The notes under the pieces are model-generated. The model did no database searches, was not told the DNA's origin, and saw only the letters and a program-made list of their open reading frames with translations. From Azolla caroliniana (Eukaryota > Plantae > Polypodiophyta): a stretch of 64,000 nt of DNA. The stretch lies in assembly GCA_043228905.1 (NCBI GenBank), contig JBHGNT010000005.1:3410001-3474000 (forward strand). The letters are read 5' to 3'. The first letter of the stretch is position 1. Every line of letters starts with the position of its first letter. Shown here in pieces: positions 21,401 to 32,816 of the stretch. The translations under genes and the position numbers were made by a program.

Positions 21401-23995
21401 ATTATGGTCCGGTTCATCCTCTCGGCCAGCCCGTTCAGTTCCGGCGTCTTCGGCACAGTAAACTCGAGCCGGATTCCCTTCGAGCGACAGTACTCCTCGA
21501 ACTGCCCCCGGTATTCCCCTCCGTTATCCGCTCGTATCGCTTTCAGCTTCTTGCCGGATTCCCTTTCCACTCTCGCGTGGAGTTCTTTGAAGACGCACAA
21601 CACTTGGTCCTTTGTCTTCAACGGTGCTGTCCACAGCTTCCGGCTGTGATCATCAATGAATGTCACGAAGTACTGGGCTCCGCCATGTGACTTCGTTTCT
21701 ACCTGACATACATCAGTGTGTACCAACTCCAATGGTACACTGCGTCTCGTCGGTGGCCTTGAGTTGAAGGAGGCTCGGTTCTGCTTACCGGCCAGGCAAT
21801 CGGTGCACTTCTCCAGGTGCACATGCTTCACTGGAATGAGGTTGTCTTCTGCAAGCCTCTTCATCCCCTTCTCACTCATGTGGCACAGTCTCTTGTGCCA
21901 CAGCTCACCGGCAGTGTCGGCTGCCACGTTCAGCTCTTCCGGACATAACCGGGCATTCATCAGGTACAGTGTGTTGACTTTCCGAGCCCGAGCCACTATC
22001 AGGCTCCCCTTGCTGAACTTCATTACGCCGTTCCGGATGCTACCTGTGTAGCCTTCATCGTCTAGCCTCCCGGCCGAAATCAGGTTCAATCGAACCTCCG
22101 GAATGTGTCGGACATCCTTCAGCAGCATTTTGCATCCGGTCGGGGTTGTCAACCACACGTCTCCGATGCCGGCAATCCGGCACGTACCTTCATTTCCCAT
22201 CCGAACACAGCCATGCTCACCGGCTGTGTAGGATGAGAAGTATCTTCTTTCCGGGGTCAGGTGGAACGACGCTCCGGAATCGACCACCCAGGTCGTCTCA
22301 TCGCCGGCAATGTTTAGCTCACCTTCTTCGGTGATGAGCATGATTTCTTCCTCACTTGCCGCGAGTGCCGTCGTTCCTTTCCGGTCCTGCCCTCGCCGAT
22401 CCGGACCTCTCCGGTCCGTGGCTCCCCGGTATGCACCGTTTCTCTCCGGTGACTTCTTCAAATTGGTGTCGTCGGCTCCGTTGTCTTTTCGGTAATGCCG
22501 ACAATTCTTCCGGAAGTGCCCCGGCTTCCCACAGTGGACGCATGTGGGTCTTCCTCTTGACTGCGACCGGGTCCCCGACTTCTCCCGTCTTTGCAGACTC
22601 CGGTTCCACTGTCTTCCCCGTTCCGATTCGGTAAGCAGCGCCTTCGAGTCGGAGACCGGTTCTTTATCTCTCCGACGCGCTTCTTCGTTCAAAATACTTG
22701 TCTTTACCGTTTGTAGGGACAAGTTATCTTCGGTGCAGGAGGTGCTGAGAGTCACCACCAAGTTCTCCCAGCTGTCCGGCAATGTACACATCAGGATGAT
22801 GGCTTGCATTGCATCCTCCAACGGGAACTTGATCGCCGCAAGCTGGTTCACGAATCCCATGAACGTGCTTACGTGTTCCACCATACTCTCGCCGTCCCGG
22901 TACTTGAGGTTCACTATCTTTCTCATCAGGGAGGTCCGGTTCAACGCATTCTTCCTCTCGTAGAGGCCCGACAGCTTCCTCCACATCTCATATGCGTTTG
23001 TGTCGTTCGCCACGTGTTGTAGAACGCTCACGTCGACGTATTGCCGAATGGTTGCAACGGCTTTTCGGTTCAGAAGCCTCCACTCCGTCTCAAGTACCCC
23101 CTTGGGTATTTCCGACCTGTCGATCGGTTCATACAGGTCCCGAACAATGAGCAGATCCTCCATCTTTATCTTCCAGTCGGCGTAGTTCTGCGCATTCAGC
23201 ACCATCATCCCCGGCTGCCCGCTGCTGCCGCCTTCCATTTTCTGCACTGTCGTCGCTCTGATACCACTTGTTGCTAAAACCGCGCTCGGCCACAACCGAG
23301 GAATAGGATCGACTCACAGAAAACGGGAAATACCAAGTGCATGAAGTACAATAGAGAGAAAGGTACACTGGATGTTTTACGTGGAAAACCCTAAATGGGA
23401 AAAACCACGGGAGTTCTCAAACTCCAACTATCACTATACACAGAGATGTACAATGGTGAAGCTACAAGGCAACACCTTGAGCTCACTGTCTTCGCCACAG
23501 GCGGCGGTAATACACAGAGGCAACGACCTCTTCGTCTTTCTCTCTCTCTCTCTCTCTCGGCTGCTCTCTTCACTCTCTCTCTCTCTGTGAAAACAGAACA
23601 TGAGCAACAACAACAACCTGTTTGCCCTAAGTCATATTTATACACATATGACTTTCGGGCTATTTACAAATATAGCCTCAAGAGGCTCTTGGCAAAACAT
23701 ATTCACAAATATGTCCCCGCATCCGGATCTCTCTCCGGGTACATTCGTCATCCGGCTCCGTTAACGGGGTCTTCAGCATCCGGCTCCGTAGCCAGGGTCT
23801 TCATCATCAGGCTCCGTAACCGGAACCGGGCTTGCCGTCATCCGGATCTCTCTCCGGGTACATTCGTCATCCGGCTCCGTAACCGCAACCGGGCTTGCCG
23901 TCATCCGGATCTCTCTCCGGGTACATTCGTCATCCGGCTCCGTAACCGCAACCGGGCTTGCCGTCATCCCATCCGGAGGGACCGAAATCCCAACA
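18428..23995 (-). mobile_element. Intact Ty1/copia element D (Tnt1/Tork-like)
   Basis: Two 727-bp LTRs (18428-19154 and 23269-23995, ~5 differences). TSD CTACC at 18423-18427 and 23996-24000. iMet PBS at 23254-23266. PPT GAAGTGAAGGGGGAG at ~19157-19171. Confidence 0.98.
19165..23238 (-). CDS. Copia D gag-pol polyprotein, 1357 aa, uninterrupted
   Basis: ATG at 23238, downstream of the PBS. Zinc knuckle, PR (DSGAS), INT, RT (QMDVKTAFLHG, LYGLKQAPRQW, YVDD) and RH (STTEAEY, HSRTKHI). Confidence 0.97.
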   Translation of the reverse strand: MEGGSSGQPGMMVLNAQNYADWKIKMEDLLIVRDLYEPIDRSEIPKGVLETEWRLLNRKAVATIRQYVDVSVLQHVANDTNAYEMWRKLSGLYERKNALNRTSLMRKIVNLKYRDGESMVEHVSTFMGFVNQLAAIKFPLEDAMQAIILMCTLPDSWENLVVTLSTSCTEDNLSLQTVKTSILNEEARRRDKEPVSDSKALLTESERGRQWNRSLQRREKSGTRSQSRGRPTCVHCGKPGHFRKNCRHYRKDNGADDTNLKKSPERNGAYRGATDRRGPDRRGQDRKGTTALAASEEEIMLITEEGELNIAGDETTWVVDSGASFHLTPERRYFSSYTAGEHGCVRMGNEGTCRIAGIGDVWLTTPTGCKMLLKDVRHIPEVRLNLISAGRLDDEGYTGSIRNGVMKFSKGSLIVARARKVNTLYLMNARLCPEELNVAADTAGELWHKRLCHMSEKGMKRLAEDNLIPVKHVHLEKCTDCLAGKQNRASFNSRPPTRRSVPLELVHTDVCQVETKSHGGAQYFVTFIDDHSRKLWTAPLKTKDQVLCVFKELHARVERESGKKLKAIRADNGGEYRGQFEEYCRSKGIRLEFTVPKTPELNGLAERMNRTIMERVRSMLAHAKLPKGFWAEAMSTATYVINRSPSVPLDGDTPQRVWTGKEVSYRHLKVFGCLAYVHVAKDRRGKLDPKTRPCIFLGYGDDEFGYRVWDPVDKKIFRSRDIIFMEDKTLADWESEKKMKSSKSTGEDQLYEEQSRPARDRLALEDPAEDGEETEPAEEDENNTGTGPDPEMDSDEEESEEPVTEAPERRYPLRERRAPRRFPEPEHVLLTDEGEPESFEEAKHDTQSRRWLSAMQDEMDSLHENHTYELVELPKGKRALRNKWVFKLKPGDAGNPPRYKARIVVKGFQQKKGVDFDEIFAPVVKMTSIRTVLSIAASMDLEVEQMDVKTAFLHGDLEEEIYMQQPEGFEKKGKEHLVCRLKKSLYGLKQAPRQWYRKFDSFMSDEGYHKTQSDHCVFVKKFEGGDFLILLLYVDDMLIVGRDQVKIRMLKKALHRTFSMKDLGPARQILGMHIIRDRSKKQLWLSQEKYVTKVLKRFNMSEARPVGSTLPANCKLSSKQSPKTKAEKEDMMKVPYASAVGSLMYAMVCTRPDIGYAVGVVSRYMSNPGKEHWNAVKWILRYLKGTANVCLRFGSGKPEFDGFTDSDMSADADTSRSTSGYVMTYVGGAVSWQSRLQKTVALSTTEAEYMAAVEAGKEIIWMKDFIRELGIRQEEYRLYCDSLSAIHLAKNAAYHSRTKHIQRRYHWIRERIEDKEFMLTKIHTDENGSDMLTKVLTPDKLEACRKRIGLERHPMPK

Positions 23996-26927
23996 CTACC
24001 ATTGCCTTCTTTTCTTCCTTCGGCAATTCCTTTGCAACATTTACCGGTCGGGGCTTGTCTACTGTGCCGAGGTCCACCTCCTCTAGTTGGGATGCTTTTA
24101 CTCTCTGGGATATCGTCATTTCCCTCTCTAGGGATTCCTGCGCTTGTCGTAGTTCCCGGATCGCCGCTTGGTCCGGTTCATCCGGCGTCGTAATGTACGG
24201 TTCTACTACCACCGTGATATCCACCTCAAATAGTGGGACGATTCGTGGGTGTTCCTCGAGGTACCGCTCGACTTCCTCGTCCGGTAATCCCTCCAACATG
24301 TTAATGCTTTCCGCATACAATGGAGTTGCTTCCTTACTGGTGATCACCCGTGGTTGCGTCGGTACTCGTACCTTTGTTTTCCCTCGCCGGAATGTGATCA
24401 TGTTCTTTTGCCAGCTCTGCTTGATATGCGCCGTTCGTAGCCATGGTCGTCCTAGCAGTAGGGGGTACGCGCCTTGTACATTCAACTGCAGCACCACGGC
24501 CGATATCCGGAATACGTGACCTCCGATCGTTACTTCCAAATCCCGGATAAGCCCGGTCGGTCGGACTGAGCTGGTATCCGCCATGCGTAACCAGAAGGGG
24601 CATGGTTCCCATTCCCGGATGCCCAGGTTGTTGCATGTCTGTCGGCTGATGACATTTACCCCGGAGCCTCCGTCAATAATCGTTCCAGCAATTTCCTTTC
24701 CTTTCACGATTGCCGTGATCGCCGGGCTACTTGTATCGACCACCGCTGGTCCTTCCTCCGGGTTGGAGAAGAATGCCGGTGCTGGCGTCGGCTTCGGTTT
24801 GCTCACGGATGCCTGTAAGTCTGCCGTAAACCGTGGCACCAACTGTAGTAGTCGTGCTAACAGCAGCACGATTTGACAGTCCTGTAGCGCTTGCCACGTC
24901 GGGTTTTCTCCTGGCTGTATGATTTCTTCGTCTTTTGGCATATTTTGGTCTCTTACTTCTGCCGCATTCTGTTCATTGGCCTCCTTGATCCATTGTGCCG
25001 CTTGTTTTCTGATTGCCTCCTGGGCTTCCCACTCGGCGGTCTTTCCCTTTGACCGGGTTGTGACCTGCTGTACTTCTGTTATTTCGGCTGTAACCATGTT
25101 GACTTCGGCTGCTTGTCATTGGTTTTGCTTGGGCATTGGTTACTATAGTGGCCTTCCTTACGGCAGTAATAACAGTACACCTTGTGACTGTTGCTCGTTT
25201 CTCCTTTGTCCCCGGTTTGGAGGGTGGGTATGCTCCGGCGGTCGTCTTCGGTTTTTCGGTTATCCGGTACCGATCCCGGGTTGTCATTCCTCGCTGCCTC
25301 CCGACGTTCCTCTCTTCGGAAAAATCCACGCTTCTGATTCCGTCGGAAATTTCGGTTCCCTTGTCGCCTCTCTTCTCTGCGTCGTTCGTATTCCGGGGAT
25401 TCGTCTCAATCGTACCGGTCCCGGGGGTAGCTATCTCTTCGTCTCTCCTCTCAGTCATAGTTATCGCGTCTTCTATCAGCGTATCTGTTACCGCGTTCGC
25501 GTTGGTAGCGGTCGTCTCTCCGGAATCGATCCTCGTCCGGGTTCTGATTGTGCGGTTCTATGTGTCGAACCGGTGCTGCCTGCCGATTTAACAGGTTATA
25601 TTCACATCGGTCCGTTGTATGGGCTCGAGAGTTGCAGATCATACATTGTGTCCGCAGGGTGCAGTCTACTGTTGAGTGCCCCGAATTTAGGCATGTTGTG
25701 CATTGTAAGGCCTGTCGGAACCTCATGTCTTCCTCCTTCGGGAGTGCCCGGTGTAAAATCCCCATCGACAAGAAGGGGCTAGTCTTGTCCATTTCTAAAA
25801 CCCGATCAATAACTTGGTCCATTGTGCTGGTTTGGAAATCAAGGACTCCGCACATTGTTCGAAGTGGCTCTTTTAGCGCGGCCAAAAAGACTGCTTTGGC
25901 TTCGTCTTCGGGTGGTGCTCTTGTCAGTTGGCTGTGCAGGGTCTGAAACCGAATGATGAATTGTGGCACAGTCTCGTTCTCTTCCTGCCGGGTGGTGTAG
26001 AACTGCCCGACCAATTCCCTTTGCTCAAATTGTCTGTGAAAAAGCCTGAGGAATCTGGCCTTCAAGGCATCGAATGTGGCAAAGATGCCCAGTAAGTGCT
26101 TTGCGTGCCATCAGGCCGTCGGTCCTTCTAAGGTTATGCCGAATTCGGCGACTTTGGATCGTTCGGCTTCGGGCTCCGTCAGTCTTTGGGAGACATGGTT
26201 GGCTTCCCATGTTTGGAGGAATGCGTACACGTGTGCCTCCGCGTCGGCCTCATCCCGGTACTTTGGGTATGGGTACGGCATCGTGTCGTCCAACTGACTC
26301 TCCTGGTTCCTCCGCTCTCTGTCCGCTGTTGGCGATGGTGTGAGAACCTTTGGTTCCTCCGCGGGTGTTGCCGGTGTCCGGTCCTTTGGTTCCTCCGCGG
26401 GTGTTGTCAGTATCCGCTCCTTCGGTTCCTTCGCGGGTGTTGTCGGTATCTGCTCCTTCGGTTCCTTCGCGGTTGTTGTCGGTATCCGGTCAGCCTCCCT
26501 CGGCGATTGTCGGTCACCAACTTCCAGGGTTATTTCTTCCTCTGGTTCCGGTGTTACTGAGTCTTCCGACCCCTCTTCCTCCCGGTCGTTTGGTGTGTCG
26601 TGGTTGCTTTTATACCGGGACGCAATGCTTCCGTCGCTTTCCGACTCCGCCTCAAGTGTTGCGAATGCTTCCGAGTCCCCGTCGCCCCCGGCGAGCGTCT
26701 GTAGTATCGTTTCCGCCTCTTGCAGGCTTGTTATGCTACTGCCTTCGTTGGGGATTTGCAGAACCCAGAACTGCAGTGCTTCTTCTGCGACTCTCCGAAG
26801 AGTTTTGGAGAATGACCGATCCCGCCGGATCTCGTCGACGGCTTGCTGCAGGGCTTCCCGTCGTTGCTCGCGTTCGGTGTATCATCTCCCTCGTTCGGTG
26901 ATGTGGTCGTCGTTTGGTCTAGACATC
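23996..26927 (-). pseudogene. Gypsy C gag and protease, with several premature stops
   Basis: Capsid-like YPKYRDEADAEAHVYAFLQTW and RQEENETVPQFIIRF. Two Cys/His knuckles (CTTCLNSGHSTVDC, CMICNSRAHTTDRC). PR motifs IIDGGSG and LLGRPWL. TGA stops at 26111 and 25451. Confidence 0.88.
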
Positions 26928-26978
26928 CATCCCTCGGTTGTCCTCTGCACTTTGCAGGAATCGTGGTCGCCAAAATAG

Positions 26979-27368
26979 TGTTGTCTGCCTGGCCGGACTA
27001 CCCTCAACACAGGTGTCTATCCGACACTTCTCCAAAGGGGTGGTAAGGATTGGATGCTAGGTTACACGCGTAAGATGATTACAATTAAGCACAGACGGTA
27101 AACAATACGAAGATACAGATAAACACGCAATAATTACTATTATATTACTTCCGTCCAACCCTTTACAATTCATCGAATCCTTTTATAGGCATCCGGCAAG
27201 GTTACAATCGGTGCGCTTAGGCAACCGACATCCGAATCGGTCCGGATCCGGATCGGTACAACTGTACCGGATCCGTCCCTCCGAATAATAATTCTACTAT
27301 TATCTACTTCCTATTATCCGATCCGACTCCGCCTTCCCACTTGTCCTTGCTCTTCTGACCGGCCAACA
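26979..27368 (-). repeat. 5' LTR of gypsy C
   Basis: Direct repeat of 11746-12135. On the minus strand it is followed by a 6-nt spacer and the PBS TGGCGACCAC. Confidence 0.95.
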
Positions 27369-27616
27369 CAAGACACCCACACTGAACTAGCCGTAGCTAT
27401 ACACAGAAAATCAAAGAAGATAGTATTCTATCATAAGGCATTTCTTTACATTCCCCAAAATTACACGCACCTCCATCAGAGGTTTTCTGCCCTTTATATA
27501 TGGAGGGTCTAATTAGTCGTTCACGCTTCCTGCATGAACCGTTACATGCGTTATGCTCTTATATAATTTCTTACTCCTACGCTTTTGTCCGTCGATTACT
27601 ATTCCGGCGGACAACA

Positions 27617-30600
27617 CATTCACAAAATTGTGTGTGAGCTTCCCGAATCAAATAAAAATTGTACAGGAGATCCATTGATATACCCGTTTGCACGTAGTAA
27701 ATCATTGGGACCCAATACATAGTGAGGGAAAGAACATTGACAATTACTTAAATGATGTGTATAGACCTGAAGGACATTAGGAATCTGACCTTTATGGTCT
27801 GAAGCTTTAGGTTTGTTGTCGTGCTCTTTCCATTGGAGCTTTCGACATTGCTCTTTTGTGTGACCCTTCTTTTTGCAGAATATGCAAAAAGGATGTTGTC
27901 GCTTACAATCGCGATCCAGGAATTCGTTGGGTGTCTTGCGTTTCCCAACAAATTGCGACTATTTAGTCCTGGGCGCTTCATTGGGTTTGTTGTGGTCCTT
28001 CTTCGAAGTGCGTTGATAGCGAAGAACTATTTCAACGGCCTCTTCGATGGATTTTGGATCCTTATCATGCACTATCCAGTGATAGTTCGAATTGGGGATG
28101 CCGTTGACAAAACAAGCTATCAACCAATTGTCCCCTTTTAGACCCGATTTTTGGATTTGGGTTCTAGCATGGTGAACATAGTCTTCTAGCGAGGAAAATT
28201 TCCTGCTAGAGAGGTTCATTAAAGCTTGTGCTACCTCGGTTCGAGAGGGAGGTTGCAGAAATTGGCCCTTAAAAACCGTGACAAAATCTGTCCAGGTATC
28301 AGGCAATTTCCCCATAGTACAGAGCCCACGCCACCAGGCGGCGGCCTTACCCCCGAGTTCTCGGCTGACATATGCAATCTTCGTACTATCTGGCGTGGGA
28401 TAGAGCTCAAAATGAGACTCCCATCGTCCCAGCCATGTGCAGATTACTTCTTCGGTTCTTTCCTTTTTGTCTCCCGTAAATGGCTTAACGACAAATGATG
28501 GTTCACCTTGTCGCTCATCAGGTCTATTAGTCTCACGTTGTAGACTAATGACACGTGCCTCAAGAGCACTCTGAGATTGCCAAAGTTCGGTCATTTGTTG
28601 AGCGGTGAAACTAAGGTATTGGTTTATTTGTGCCAAATACATCTCAGTGGACATTTGTCCATGAGGATTCCCTTGAGTTCCTTCCGCTTGAGCGGATGAC
28701 ATCGGGTCGTTAATTTGAGCCATTAAAGATTATTTCTGGAAAAGAAATAGGATAAGGTCAGAGAGATAGTCATAACATCATGTCGTGATGTAAACATATC
28801 ATGGGCAAACATTAATCGATATCATGATCTCACGTCAATACCCCTTTAGACGTATGAGATGAGGTTCAAGATCAGGCTACTATGGTAACACAAAGGTGTT
28901 TTAAAAACCATGGGGGTGACAATTTAATGTCTTTCCCTGATCTCTATATCGATTTTTTCATGGCGGCTCCCCGAGGCTCAACCATGTATGTTCGCGTCAT
29001 GAGTAGTTTATACACGAAAAAAATACTAACAATAAACTATGTTTTTGTGCCCACATATGTGGTTTCGGCTCTTTAAGTCCTATTACGAGGACCCCGAAGT
29101 GCACTTAGACCTCAAGTCTAAACATGTGTTATAGTCATATGTATCAACGATGTTCTATGGTCTTGGTCATATTTGAACTTGAGACCTCGAGAACAAATGC
29201 ATTAAACACTTGAGCCAACCAAGTAGGTTGCTCTTCTTGAATGTTTAATGTTTCATGCGTATAAGAGATATGCGAGGCATTTGATCATATATGTTTTTTT
29301 TAAAAGAACATATGTCAAGGGTCCTTATTTCACCCTCATTTACCAAAACTATGTTGGTACGTTACCTAACCTCAAGTCTCGTAATTATGATGGCATACGC
29401 CAAACTGCAACCTAATGGTCAAGCCAAATGAGCCCTCGTTTCGTAGTAGGGCCACGTGGCCCATCACATGGTCACGTCACTACGAATGCCTCTCGTAAGA
29501 ACGAGCTCATGGTGGCATCGTATCCATGTAATGAGGGAGGGATGTTGGATATGTGTGTCATTGGAGCGACCTCACTTGAAGTGGGTCAAGCGGCAAGCCC
29601 TACGTACTCAACATCATTATGGCTATAGGCGTTTCTTTACGTAACGAAATCGAGGTCATCAACGGGGTTGTCAACAATAAAAAATTGTTGAAAAAGGGAT
29701 GGTGACAACGCCATTCTCACAAAAATGTGAGGACGGCCACCAACATCCTTTTCCCGACAAGGACAACTTTCGATATAATCATGTAATAACGAATATACAC
29801 ATATGTACGATCAAATACGTATATACGTGACCACATATGCCTATATTAAACATATCGTTATATTAAATAGCCACAAATGATGTGATCGAGATACGTAATC
29901 GAGGGAGGTATATACCTCTACGCACACAAAACATCCACAAATAAGAGATCATCGTAATACGTAATTGAGGTATTGACCTCTTACGCATACGAGACCAAAC
30001 GCATATCCTTTACAACAAATCAAGGTATTAAACTCATACGCAAACGTAACATATGTTCGTGAACGTAATACGTAATTGAGGTATTAACCTCGTACGCATA
30101 CAACACTCATCACATATTATTTATATGTCAAACAAGGTATTGACCTCGTCCACATATGTAAACATTTTAGATAATCAATTAAAGACCACTACAACATCAT
30201 TGACTTAATGAAAAAAAATGACATATAAACTAAACACATGATTAGATGGGAGAAGAGAGAATAGAAAAAAAAAATTACGGAAAGAGTTACCGAAGTTCTT
30301 TGTTGATCATTGTCTGGATCAAGGCCGACCGCACATTTTTCGATCACCATCAATCAAAAGACAAAAGACAAACAAAGAAACATTAGTACATAGCTCTGAT
30401 ACCAAATATTAGAGATCTAGGTACTAAAGTAAGCTTAAGACAAGGATAAACTAATGATAGATAGAAAGGAGAAAGAGAAAGAAGGGTGTCGATCCACCCG
30501 ACCACCCCCGAGCGAAGGGATCGAGACGGACTCGAGCCTCGATCGGCGTCCCATACCATCGTTGTGGTGTCAAGTCGTACCTGGTGCTGGCGCACTTGCT

Positions 30601-31587
30601 ACAAGAGTTGACCCACCACAAGAGCAGAGTCTCGATGTAGTCAAAAGATGATCAAATGCGGGTAGCTAGGCCTCTTATTTATAACGATACCCAAGGCCCC
30701 CAAGCAAGTTCACACTTGACCTAATGGGTTGTCTCAATCCCGAGGATTAAAAGTAATCCTCCCCTTCTTTACACTCTCGTTTAACCCTCACACTTATCCA
30801 CGTGTATAAAATATTATGGTAAATTCTTACCACGGGATATTAAATGGTCATGCCCGTTGTCGTGAAGAATTTCAGCCAGAGGCGGAAACCGGGAAATATT
30901 GGCTACATCGGTGGGGTGCACCATGTGCACTCACCCTCGTGTAATTGTGTAAATAATAGGAGTTAAGTCGGGACGAAGAATCCCATGTAAATCGGGATTT
31001 ATCCCACATTGTAACACATCCCTCTCCTTGTTCTATAAAAGGAAGGGATGATCCCTTGTAGAAGGGTATACCGTTAGACGAAGAGACGTTCTCTCTTCCT
31101 CTTTCTCTGTTTCTTTCCTTTCTTTCTCTTCTCTGGTTTTAGGGTCTCTTCCTGCTCTCCTCTACTTCTTCTTCATCCTTCTGTGCGTCGAGCCTTGGCA
31201 TCTAGCGTTCCGGTTTTCTGCCTTGTACTCTGTGCAAGACCCCGCTCGGCACGACAAGCCTAAGAGCTCCTCGACCGACGGCTTGGCAGTAGACAACGGT
31301 TGTATCTTATGCAACCTAGGTCTGGCTTGAAGTCGGTGTTGAATCTCATTCGTGTCTCTGTTGGTGTGTGTGTGTGTGTCTTAGTGTTTCTTTCTTGCTT
31401 ATGTACATGTGTGTGCGAGAGTCAATGTTGTGTGCTTGCTCTCTCTCTCTCTCTCTCCCTTCGGTTGCTTCCGGTGTGCCCCGGAAATGGTGAAGCACGA
31501 CTTCCTACGCTCCGTCACTCCCTAGTCCAAGACCCCCGTGGTCCCGCCTTTCTCCACGCACGTGTGAAACTTTGCGACACCGTAACA
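27617..31587 (-). mobile_element. Old Ty3/gypsy element E (iMet PBS, long leader, gag, start of protease), interrupted by B
   Basis: Gag ORF 27959..28723 (WLGRWESHF...KIAYVSRELGGKAAAWW). Frameshifted zinc knuckle at ~27845-27890. Protease DSGS..HNFV at ~27620-27655. PBS TGGTATCAGAGC at 30393-30404. LTR 30407-30857 plus 31584-31587. Confidence 0.75.
30858..31579 (+). mobile_element. Solo LTR of family F inserted at the tip of E's LTR
   Basis: Ends TGTCGTGAA...TTGCGACA. Flanked by CCGT on both sides (30854-30857 and 31580-31583). TATA (CTATAAAAGG) at ~31033. Confidence 0.85.
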
Positions 31588-32816
31588 CTTAGGCTAGGAA
31601 CCTACAACGACATTCCACATATAGTGTTACCATAACCACAATGAGTAGACACTACATGATGGGTTGCTACACCCTTTGAAACCGACGATCAAAGCAAAAG
31701 TTGGTTTCATAATTTAAATTTGTTGGTAAATGCAGAGTAGCCACAAGATGGCTCACGTAATAGTAAAACTCAACCTCTCAGAGTTACAAATGTGCTTCTT
31801 AAATATTCTTAAGTTCTTTCGAAGGGCCAAAGGGAAAGTTGGTTGTGGTCAAGAAGAGCTACAAGAACTCATTGGGCTACTAGTCTTAGTGTAGCATATC
31901 TAAGAGCGTGTGAGGTGTCACAAGTGTATTATTGTAATGGATCCATGATTATAAAGCAACATTAGTTGACATAATTTGTTACGATGAAAATAACAACTCA
32001 TCATGGCCACCAAGTATTGTCATAGTCATCAATTCTTATCATCAAATGACTATGGGTCAGACTCCACATTGAGCATGTATAGCTAGTAGTGGTCGTCAAT
32101 AGCTAGTGATATATTGCGTATAGAAGATGCATTGATTGAACTTTGTTAAGAATTGATGTTTAGTTACTTATGCTCCATAGTTTGTAGTGTTATTTACATA
32201 GAGCTAAAGACGGCATTATTAAATATCGTAATTGTTAAAATATGCATATTTTATGTTCTTAATACGTTTTAGAATACTTTTAAGTATTCTACACATGTTC
32301 TATATTTTAGAACTATCATTTTAAAACGATTCACATATTCTAAGTATTTTGCGTATTTAACAAGTATTCAACGTTTCCAATCAATTAAAACAATTAAAGA
32401 ATTATATATATTTTTCAAAAAAACTTTAAAATTTAAGAAGTATTTAACGTATTCTACATAAAGGACGAGTGGATAAACACAGCAAGATCTTTGTATTGAA
32501 AGAGTCGAAGATAGATCATATTGATACCCAACACATAGACAAAGGTGAATGAAGAGCGCTTCAGGACACAAAGACATAAAACCATAATAGAACACATGTC
32601 AGATCGAGATAGGCTAATTGGACATGACACTAGCCAAAAGTTTTCCATGTGAGCATAATTGGGGACATCATGGGAATCTAGTGGGGTGGAAATAACGGTT
32701 GCAAGGGACGAAGGTCGAGTGATGGTGTTGATGAAGGGAATGGCATTGTAAGTGTTGTGTCAAGCTTAACGACAATCACGGGATTCCACTGATGCTTACG
32801 CTAGACTTTATTTGTA

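Larger units (their letters stand above)
11746..27368 (-). mobile_element. Full-length non-chromovirus Ty3/gypsy element C with a 3' extra ORF; contains copia D
   Basis: Two 390-bp LTRs (11746-12135 and 26979-27368, ~5 differences). TSD CAAGA at 11741-11745 and 27369-27373. PBS TGGCGACCAC at 26963-26972. Order gag-PR-RT-RH-INT. No chromodomain and no second RNase H seen. Confidence 0.96.
9639..27616 (-). mobile_element. Older Ty3/gypsy element B: decayed gag 9639-11500, with its 5' LTR split by C into 11549-11745 and 27374-27616
   Basis: Gag fragments are homologous to C gag (YPRFNDETDAATHIRMFLNVW; CQAIQCTICLNSGHS; KLLQLVPRF). PBS TGGCACGCTTGGTG at 11531-11544. LTR ends TGTTACC...GGACAACA. 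Confidence 0.8.

Noticed and set aside
29890-30150. CRISPR-like array (palindromic repeats with spacers); likewise 60645-61200
   Set aside because: The context is eukaryotic, there are no cas genes, the repeats are short or degenerate, and the spacers are related to each other.
31590-32200. Possible decayed DNA-transposase relics (also ~37700-38600 and ~50400-52400)
   Set aside because: No motif could be read with confidence. A translated homology search would be needed.
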